A stretch of DNA of 53,229 nt from a virus (Duplodnaviria; Caudoviricetes): the IMG/VR virus record IMGVR_UViG_3300027690_000140, positions 1 through 53,229 of that record, one strand, 5' to 3'. The notes under the pieces were generated by a model. The model ran no database searches. It saw nothing but the letters and a program-made list of their open reading frames with translations, and was not told the origin of the DNA. Made by a program: the position numbers and the translations under genes. This document shows, piece after piece, positions 46,580 to 53,229 of this stretch. Numbering within the stretch: position 1 is the stretch's first letter; every line of letters starts with the position of its first letter.

Positions 46580-48013
46580 TTAAAATGGTGTTTCTTCTTC
46601 AAAATCGAGACTTGGCTCAATAAATACATCGGAATGAAAACTTTGTTTCGGGTTATCATCTTCCTGTTTGATGTAATCAAAGATTTGCGTCAGGTCTTCG
46701 TTATACCCGAACTTAATTATTCCTATCGATCCGTTTCTCTGTTTGGAGACAATAAGCTCCCCGACTCCTTTAGTAGGTTTTCCTTCTTCGTCAACGTTTA
46801 TTCCGTACCTCTCCGCCCTGTACAGGAATATAACCGTGTCTGCATCCTGTTCTATTGCCCCGGATTCCCTGAGATCGGATAACTGAGGCCGTTTGTCTCC
46901 GCCTCTGAGTTCTACGGCACGGCTTAACTGTGCAAGAAGTAAGACAGGCACGCCAATCTCCTGTGCCAGTAACTTGGCTTTCCGGCTCATATCGGAGACA
47001 TCCTGCTCCCTGGTGCCGTTTTTCCGATCGTTACTTTTATCTACCAGCTGTAAGTAGTCAATGACAATCAGGTCGCATTCTCCTTTCCGTTTCATTACCC
47101 GGCTCTTTGCAAGGATATATTCCATGTTGACAATAGGGGTGGGGTCAAGAAAAATTTTCATGTCACTGAATTTTTCTGAAGCTTTTTCAATCTTCTCATA
47201 TTCTTCAGCGTTCAACATTCCGTCCCTGTATTTGGTGTGGTTTATACCAGCTTCTCCGCAAAGCAATCGATCCACAAGTCTTTCCCCGGACATTTCAAGA
47301 GAATATACATTCACCCATTTACCCTCTTTTGCAGATGTTTTTATTGCGTTCAATGCAAAGGCAGTTTTACCCATAGACGGCCTCCCTGCAATGATTACGA
47401 GGTCGCCGTCCATCCATCCACCGATGGTTTTTGTCAGGTCGGTTACAGGTGTTTTTATCCCAGGCGCAAGTCCTTCTTTAGCCCTTCTTTCCCTTTCATG
47501 GTATTGCGCCCTTGCACTATCAATGAAATAGGAAATATAATTAGCGGAGCTTTGATGATGAATAATTCTAACGAGCCTTTCCTGTTCGGTATTAAGAAGG
47601 GTAAAAATATCTTCAATATCCATGCTCTCATTAAAGCCATTTTCAGACATATCAACGCCAATCCTGATAAATTCCCGCTTTATATATTTTTGGAGAAGTA
47701 TAAGGCAATGGTATTGAATATGAGATGCTCCGCCTACATTGCTGGTTAAGTTGGTGATGAAAACTGCTCCACCAGCCTGATCGAGTTCTCCGGATTCCTT
47801 CAAAGCGTTTGTTACAGTTAGAATGTCAACAGGATTGCTTTTCTTCGCCAGTTTCCGGATCGTTTTGAAAATGACCTGATGGGATATACTGTAAAAAACC
47901 TCATGGCTGATCATGGACAAAGCAATATCCAGGGCTTCACGGTCAATCATAACTGACCCGAGAACGAATTTTTCAACATCAACTGCTTGTGGTGGTAATT
48001 TCCCTTCAATCAT
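46580..48013 (-). CDS. dnaB: Replicative DNA helicase
   Basis: AGRPSMGKT, IDYLQL and SDLRESGAIEQDAD motifs. Confidence 0.97.
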   Translation of the reverse strand: MIEGKLPPQAVDVEKFVLGSVMIDREALDIALSMISHEVFYSISHQVIFKTIRKLAKKSNPVDILTVTNALKESGELDQAGGAVFITNLTSNVGGASHIQYHCLILLQKYIKREFIRIGVDMSENGFNESMDIEDIFTLLNTEQERLVRIIHHQSSANYISYFIDSARAQYHERERRAKEGLAPGIKTPVTDLTKTIGGWMDGDLVIIAGRPSMGKTAFALNAIKTSAKEGKWVNVYSLEMSGERLVDRLLCGEAGINHTKYRDGMLNAEEYEKIEKASEKFSDMKIFLDPTPIVNMEYILAKSRVMKRKGECDLIVIDYLQLVDKSNDRKNGTREQDVSDMSRKAKLLAQEIGVPVLLLAQLSRAVELRGGDKRPQLSDLRESGAIEQDADTVIFLYRAERYGINVDEEGKPTKGVGELIVSKQRNGSIGIIKFGYNEDLTQIFDYIKQEDDNPKQSFHSDVFIEPSLDFEEETPF

Positions 48014-48887
48014 ATTTCAGAATTTTTAAATCAGGCCTTTGAATATTGCCGTTGACCTTGGCTTTATGGGACTCTTTAAATTTCTCTTTCCAGTTCTGGC
48101 TGTTCCAGCCCCCCTCCATGGGACTGTGGATATCACCGATGAATTTTTGAAAGGAGTGTTTGATTTCGCCGGCTTTTTCCTTGTAAAGCTTGTAGAATTT
48201 GAACTGTTCATCAAAGTATTCCAGCTTGCCAAGGGTCTTTAATTTGCAGGCAAAATAATAGGCTGTCTGCATTTTAGGGTAGTGATTCAGTTCATTTAGA
48301 GCAAAATATTCCATGATTGCGTTCATTCTTTGCTTAACATCTGCCTGATCATTTTGCAGAATTGAAAAATTGTTTTCTTCCTCGTGCGCATGAATTTCAT
48401 TTTCTCTTCTTTTCTCTTCTTTACTCTTCTCTTCTTTTCTTTGTGTATTTCCGGCGGAATTTTCCGGAGTTAAGGCGGAAGTATGACTATCATCTTCTGT
48501 GTTTAGAAGCATTTGTCTTAATTCCTCCGGAGTAATGATGGTATTTTTCCTTTTCCGATAAGCTTCTTTAATTGATTCAAGGAATTTAAAATCAACTATA
48601 TATTTTTGATCCCAAAACTCATTGATAAAGGCACCCAGTCTAACAAGATCATTAATAATATCAATAAGCTTTTCTTCAGGTACCAAACATCTTGCTGAGA
48701 GGTACATTAACAATGCTTCATCATTCAGGTTAAGAAAATGATCATCAGAATTACCAAGTTCTTCAAGTAGTTTAAACCAGGTCGCATAACCATCATTACC
48801 GTACTTATTTTCTATAAAGAACATTTTCTTACCGTGTTTGGTGCTGTGAGGAAAGTAATCGACATCTTTTCTTTCAATTCTTGCCAT
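48006..48887 (-). CDS. Replication initiator-like protein (DUF4373/Lin1244-like N-terminus)
   Basis: DYFPH...KYGNDGYA.WFKLLE; K/E-rich linker; upstream of dnaB. Confidence 0.8.
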   Translation of the reverse strand: MARIERKDVDYFPHSTKHGKKMFFIENKYGNDGYATWFKLLEELGNSDDHFLNLNDEALLMYLSARCLVPEEKLIDIINDLVRLGAFINEFWDQKYIVDFKFLESIKEAYRKRKNTIITPEELRQMLLNTEDDSHTSALTPENSAGNTQRKEEKSKEEKRRENEIHAHEEENNFSILQNDQADVKQRMNAIMEYFALNELNHYPKMQTAYYFACKLKTLGKLEYFDEQFKFYKLYKEKAGEIKHSFQKFIGDIHSPMEGGWNSQNWKEKFKESHKAKVNGNIQRPDLKILKYD

Positions 48888-48933
48888 ATTCCATGATTTG
48901 TGATTTTGGTTATTACAATATACTCATAAATAT

Positions 48934-49398
48934 TTAATTTTCAACACGTTCGACTGAGAAAATTGTCATTTGCAATTCGGTTGGACGAGCATCTCTTTCT
49001 AAAACTTTAATTCCTTCCTGATCAAAATACCTTACCCTTCGTTTTTCCGTATCGATAAATTTAAAACAGGTATCCCTGACAATTTTCTTACCGTCCCGAA
49101 GGTATCGGGTGATGTTTTTGGCTTCGTTTTTCAGGGGAGTGATTTGATCTTTAAATGCATCAACCGCGTCTTTTCTTTCTTCATCAAGCCGTTCCAGTTT
49201 CACCATAACATTACCCAATTCTTCACGGAGAGAGTTTAGTTCACTATCCGTAAATTCCTTGTAATAATCAATTTCTTCCACTGCATCTGCTGTTTCTTTC
49301 AGGATTTCTACCCTGTTTTCTGCCGGCTCATTCTGCAGGTCGGTTTCCTCCTGGGTTGGAGGAGTTTCAATTACTTGATCTTTAACTCTTTTCGCCAT
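48934..49398 (-). CDS. Hypothetical protein
   Basis: ORF in the operon. Confidence 0.75.
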   Translation of the reverse strand: MAKRVKDQVIETPPTQEETDLQNEPAENRVEILKETADAVEEIDYYKEFTDSELNSLREELGNVMVKLERLDEERKDAVDAFKDQITPLKNEAKNITRYLRDGKKIVRDTCFKFIDTEKRRVRYFDQEGIKVLERDARPTELQMTIFSVERVEN

Positions 49399-49720
49399 AA
49401 TACGTTAATTTAAATTGTTGGTAATATTCCATATCCATTTCCATGATCTCCAATTCTATGAGTTTAAACCCGGGAAATGTTATAGCTTTTTTCGGGTCAT
49501 TATCAAAAGTTTCGTGGCATGTCGGGTGCGCCAGTCCACAATTTTTTTTCTCCGTCTGAAGGTGGTATCTCGAATAGTGCGAGGATGCATACGATCTCCT
49601 GATCTTATGAGCCAACTGCCCGGATCCCTGTTTAACCAGCCTGTGACAGAATATACATACCGGATAATTTTGTTCATACCACCTTTTTGTTTCATTCAGT
49701 TTTGCGTCAATAGCATTCAT
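49382..49720 (-). CDS. HNH-like Zn-finger protein
   Basis: CIFC...AH...H.TCH..FD. Confidence 0.6.
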   Translation of the reverse strand: MNAIDAKLNETKRWYEQNYPVCIFCHRLVKQGSGQLAHKIRRSYASSHYSRYHLQTEKKNCGLAHPTCHETFDNDPKKAITFPGFKLIELEIMEMDMEYYQQFKLTYYGEKS

Positions 49721-50061
49721 TTATATAACTGCCTTTCAAGTGCATTAATAACTGAGCTCATTTCATTTATCCTGCCTTGCAGGGAAGTGATATACGTAAC
49801 TGTTTCCTCGTAATCCTTCGAAACATAATATCCTTTCTGTGAGGCGATCAGTCTTTTTACTACGTCATTAATCCGGATTTCATGAATCATTCGCCTGACA
49901 AGTATATCCGATGTTTTAACATTCTTTCCAAAAAGAATTTTCCTGATGCCGTTATTGGTAATAGCATTTCGTATGCCTGTCCTGAACCTTAAAATATCGG
50001 CAATCATCGGCATGATGAAATTTTTTTCAAAATCAGTTAAGTCATTCCTTAATTCATTCAT
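49717..50061 (-). CDS. Hypothetical wHTH-like protein
   Basis: VRRMIHEIR...IASQKGYY. Confidence 0.65.
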   Translation of the reverse strand: MNELRNDLTDFEKNFIMPMIADILRFRTGIRNAITNNGIRKILFGKNVKTSDILVRRMIHEIRINDVVKRLIASQKGYYVSKDYEETVTYITSLQGRINEMSSVINALERQLYK

Positions 50062-50506
50062 AATAAGACAACTTTAAATATTTCACATAGTCAAACGGAT
50101 CTGTTTCTTTAAATAGCAATTCATTGCAGAATACCTCATTTGGCAATTCAATATTGATACCCAGTTCAAGAAGTGCATCAGCTCTCACTCGCAAAGCAAA
50201 ATCCATTATCTCTATCCTGTTCATCCCGGAAACCCCTTTAAACCACAATCTGTAAAATCCATCCTTATTTTTGCTAAACTCTACTCCAAACAGTTCTTTG
50301 TATCCCTGATGCACTTCCCTGACTGAGTGCCCTGTATAATCAGCAATTCTTTTGTACACCACGCCGAATAAATAAGAATACTGGTCTATCGTAGCCCCGG
50401 GTAATTTGACCTGCAAATCACACACAAATGGCAGGCGGTATCCCTTTATCTTTTCTATCAACAATGACCGCATATCCTCGTTATATATGGCATAATGATC
50501 AATCAT
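50054..50506 (-). CDS. NinB-like recombination accessory protein
   Basis: Q.SYL.GVVY..IADYTG.....VH...K..F and LP.E; next to ssb. Confidence 0.55.
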   Translation of the reverse strand: MIDHYAIYNEDMRSLLIEKIKGYRLPFVCDLQVKLPGATIDQYSYLFGVVYKRIADYTGHSVREVHQGYKELFGVEFSKNKDGFYRLWFKGVSGMNRIEIMDFALRVRADALLELGINIELPNEVFCNELLFKETDPFDYVKYLKLSYYE

Positions 50507-50508
50507 TC

Positions 50509-50949
50509 TCAGAACGGAAGATCATCTTCTCCTGTAAATGCTATATCATCAAAAGTTGCTGGTGCAGGTTCGTGATTTTTGGTTGCGCCCGTGCTTTGTG
50601 TTTTGGAGGGTTGAGAGGAGTTTTCGCTCTTACCGCCCAACATTTTAAGGTTTTCTACTATAAGCTTGATAAAGGTTTTTTCCGTTCCGTCTTTATCTGT
50701 ATACTTCTCTGTCCTCTGCCTGCCTTCAACATATACAAGACTTCCTTTATCGAGATACTTTTCAATAACTTCCGCAAGTTTACCCCAGGCCTCAAAACGA
50801 AACCATTCTGTCTCGCTGACCTGGTCGCCCCGTTTGTTTGTATATTTTCGTGTGCTGGCCACCGAGAATTTCGAAACTACATTTCCCCCTTCCAGGTGTT
50901 TTGTCTCAGGCTTTGCGCCCAGATTTCCGATTACAAAAGTTTTGTTCAT
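50509..50949 (-). CDS. ssb: Single-stranded DNA-binding protein
   Basis: OB-fold motifs and DDLPF tail. Confidence 0.97.
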   Translation of the reverse strand: MNKTFVIGNLGAKPETKHLEGGNVVSKFSVASTRKYTNKRGDQVSETEWFRFEAWGKLAEVIEKYLDKGSLVYVEGRQRTEKYTDKDGTEKTFIKLIVENLKMLGGKSENSSQPSKTQSTGATKNHEPAPATFDDIAFTGEDDLPF

Positions 50950-50951
50950 AA

Positions 50952-51809
50952 CTAATTATTCTGAGGTTCTACATCTGTTACATTAAAAATAGTGCTGAGT
51001 TTTTTCCGGCTTATATTCTGCGGTTTATCTGCAATGATTACAGTTCCCCTTTCATCAACTGTCAGTGAAGCTCCACCTTCGATTTGCGAATCCATGGTCA
51101 GGGCTCTTTCGATTATAGTGTTTTTAGGGAGCAGTTTTGCGATCTGTTTTACAACCGCTTTCCTATACATCCACCTCTGCGGATCGTTTTCTATACTGTA
51201 CAAGTCCGGTTTTTTGCTTTTCGCTTTTATCTGGTTCAATTCTTCAAGTGTCATATATTTGAACTCCGGATCAGTTCCATCAATGTGAGCAACGGCAAAA
51301 ATGCCCTTCAATGCACCCCTGTCACCTTCTGCCGGCCGGAAAATAAATTTCCAGTTCATGGATTCATCTATCCACCGGTCAAACTGATCATTTTTAAATA
51401 CGATTTCTGTAAAAATTTTCAGGATACGGGGATTTCTGTATAACAGGTGAGTAATGCCATGATACCCGAATTGAAACGTCGCTTCGTTTTTATAAGGAAT
51501 AATATAACAATGCTGTGCAGGAGTATTTGGCTCAAGCCCGAATTCTGCTGCTGTCAGGATAGAGGCAAATAAGGACTGCCTGTCGCAATTTAAGAGGGAA
51601 GGAGTTTTTCGTATGGAATTCTCCACTACAGCCATAAATTTTTCCGGGCTGAACCCTGAATTCCCGATTAGTTTGACTATTGTTTTTTCGTATTGGGTTA
51701 ACTGCCTTCTGAAAATCTGGTTAGGGGTTAACTGTTTTTCTGCCGGTTTGGTTTCAGTGACGGTTGCAGACAATTCAGGCATACCATCATTAATATGATT
51801 GTTGTTCAT
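50952..51809 (-). CDS. recT: RecT single-strand annealing protein
   Basis: GLEP....CYIIPY....FQFGY.G and M..KAVVKQ..KLLP motifs. Confidence 0.92.
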   Translation of the reverse strand: MNNNHINDGMPELSATVTETKPAEKQLTPNQIFRRQLTQYEKTIVKLIGNSGFSPEKFMAVVENSIRKTPSLLNCDRQSLFASILTAAEFGLEPNTPAQHCYIIPYKNEATFQFGYHGITHLLYRNPRILKIFTEIVFKNDQFDRWIDESMNWKFIFRPAEGDRGALKGIFAVAHIDGTDPEFKYMTLEELNQIKAKSKKPDLYSIENDPQRWMYRKAVVKQIAKLLPKNTIIERALTMDSQIEGGASLTVDERGTVIIADKPQNISRKKLSTIFNVTDVEPQNN

Positions 51810-51821
51810 GATGTTTACTTT

Positions 51822-52757
51822 TTAAAATTTAGCTTCGATACGTGATTTTTTGCTCCATGCGGGCATAGCAAGGGTGATCATTCCGTATTCATTATCTGAA
51901 TACACCTCGTACCCTTTAAAATAGTTGGAGTTAATGGCTTCCCTGATCATGTTCAACCTTCGGAGGTAAATCATTTGTGCATCGATGATATCCTCGTACA
52001 ACAAATCATATAGTACAGCACTGTAAGGCTCTGATTTTTCCACGGCAATAAACAGAAAGGTTTCATACTCCTTTCCGAGACAGGCTGAAACTATATCCAG
52101 TCCCATAGCAGCCTGAATGTCATATTCATATTCAGAAGCGGTTTTAGAGAATCCTGCCGGGCTTGCATCAGTAGTGCTTTTAAGGTCCACATCAAAGAAT
52201 TTTGTTTTATGGACAAAGTCAGGACGCGTACGTACTTTAATCTCATATTCGTTTTTTACCTTATAATCCACATCAACTGGTTCTACCTTTGCCAGAGAAC
52301 CGTTAGGCTTAAAGACATACTTCACATAAAAAGCATGCTCAATTATGCCGTTTTTGAAATCAAAAATTTCATTGATGCCTTTCATGGACATTACACTGTC
52401 TCTCATAGCTGAGATAAGAGCAAATTGCGTTTCAAACAGAATAGATTTTCCCGGATTGGCTGTTCGGATGCTTTCAATATATTCCTTATTGCCTTTTCCG
52501 GATAAAGAGGGTGTTCCGTCCCTGTTGATAGCAAAAGGAGAGGGGAGTTCCTTATTCAGGATTACCTTTACATCCTTTTCAAACTGTTCAGGTTCGAGAA
52601 CGAGCGTATGGAATGCTGTTCCAATATCAAATGCAGCTTTTTGTTCAGCCGGTGCATTTTTCTTTGTCAGGAATTCGAGGGGTGTCCTGACTCCCCTAAT
52701 GTCCGAGGGACTGATCCAGTCCTTGCGGTCAAAGTAAAGATTGTCTTTGATAATCAT
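51822..52757 (-). CDS. RecE-like PD-(D/E)XK exonuclease (DUF3799-like)
   Basis: GTAFH..VLEP, RPD, DLKST, Y.IQAA and FIAVEK motifs. Confidence 0.9.
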   Translation of the reverse strand: MIIKDNLYFDRKDWISPSDIRGVRTPLEFLTKKNAPAEQKAAFDIGTAFHTLVLEPEQFEKDVKVILNKELPSPFAINRDGTPSLSGKGNKEYIESIRTANPGKSILFETQFALISAMRDSVMSMKGINEIFDFKNGIIEHAFYVKYVFKPNGSLAKVEPVDVDYKVKNEYEIKVRTRPDFVHKTKFFDVDLKSTTDASPAGFSKTASEYEYDIQAAMGLDIVSACLGKEYETFLFIAVEKSEPYSAVLYDLLYEDIIDAQMIYLRRLNMIREAINSNYFKGYEVYSDNEYGMITLAMPAWSKKSRIEAKF

Positions 52758-52903
52758 TTTTCATTGTGATTTTGGTTGGACAAATAAACCTGATGATAAT
52801 CTATTGGCTTCTTTTTGCTACCCCTTATAATTATTCTCACCTGTAAGTAAAGCAGGGTTGTGCATACAATTATTATAATGAGTGTGCCAAGTAAAAATTT
52901 CAT
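52754..52903 (-). CDS. Small membrane protein (49 aa, MKFLLGTLIIIIVCTTLLYL...), not in ORF track
   Basis: Hand-translated; ATGA-coupled to the exonuclease; -7 box TAAGTTTA at 52925-52932. Confidence 0.6.
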   Translation of the reverse strand: MKFLLGTLIIIIVCTTLLYLQVRIIIRGSKKKPIDYHQVYLSNQNHNEK

Positions 52904-52983
52904 ATTATGATTATTGGTTTAATGTAAACTTACAAAAATTATGAATAATATGTAACATATAAGCAAAAATATTATTGCATAAA

Positions 52984-53229
52984 TTATTTATTTTTTAGCC
53001 AGTTATTGATTTCTGACTTGTAGAAGTATAATTTTCCTTCTTTATGGCAAGGCATTCCTTTCCTGATCATATTATATATATGTTTACGGGAAGACCCCAG
53101 GAACGCCTCTGCTTCTTCCATGCTAATAGGCTTTTCTGCTCCAACCAAAGCTTTATGGATTTGTTCGAGCTTAGTTCTTACCTCCAACAGCTCCTGATCC
53201 CTTATTGCTATTCGCAGTTCTCCATCCAT
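52984..53229 (-). CDS. HTH_17 excisionase/Cro-like DNA-binding protein
   Basis: EEAEAFLG.SRKHIY...MPC.K.GKLYF.KSEI..W. Confidence 0.85.
   Translation of the reverse strand: MDGELRIAIRDQELLEVRTKLEQIHKALVGAEKPISMEEAEAFLGSSRKHIYNMIRKGMPCHKEGKLYFYKSEINNWLKNK

Larger units (their letters stand above)
864..52777 (-). repeat. Dispersed leader motif (A)ACCAAAATCA-N2-8-ATG, 12 sense copies
   Basis: Copies just upstream of ATGs at 866, 1420, 2146, 7010, 7550, 40174, 40445, 40689, 40909, 43692, 48894 and 52764; degenerate at 2536 and 52903. Confidence 0.9.
1..53229 (-). mobile_element. Temperate siphovirus-like prophage (Bacteroidota-type); ends, integrase and repressor not in window
   Basis: Co-oriented minus-strand modules for recombination/replication, packaging, head, tail and lysis, plus an antirepressor and plus-strand moron genes. 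Confidence 0.93.

Noticed and set aside
864-52777. Leader motif as a CRISPR repeat or integron attC-like site
   Set aside because: Copies are short, non-palindromic, dispersed and separated by whole genes; no cas or integron integrase is present

Overview
The window is almost entirely one temperate siphovirus-type (pro)phage of a Bacteroidota-like host. The host call rests on TTG-N19/20-TAnnTTTG promoters, A-rich leaders without SD sequences, and Bacteroidota-type head and tail genes. Nearly all phage genes are on the minus strand. Reading from 53229 down: HTH/excisionase-like gene; RecE/RecT/SSB recombination; DUF4373-type initiator and DnaB; a ParB plus two TAGT-type glycosyltransferase DNA-modification cluster; and small early genes. 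Next is an AT-rich cargo island (two-methyltransferase RM system whose nuclease carries a ferredoxin-type Fe-S domain, AbiH, an HrgA-like nuclease and a hybrid histidine kinase). Then come terminase, portal, head, tail and lysis genes, and a second block of early/accessory genes (permuted GHKL ATPase with an internal stop, C4-like RNA with Rha/ANT antirepressor, EEP nuclease pair, RadC, J-domain protein). No integrase or repressor is visible in the window. The most striking non-coding signal is a leader motif, (A)ACCAAAATCA-N2-8-ATG, in front of 12 non-structural genes. A single inverted copy of it lies in a ~75-80 nt unit at ~9115-9230 with its own promoter and intrinsic terminator. This looks like one trans-acting antisense sRNA that controls translation of a whole phage regulon.
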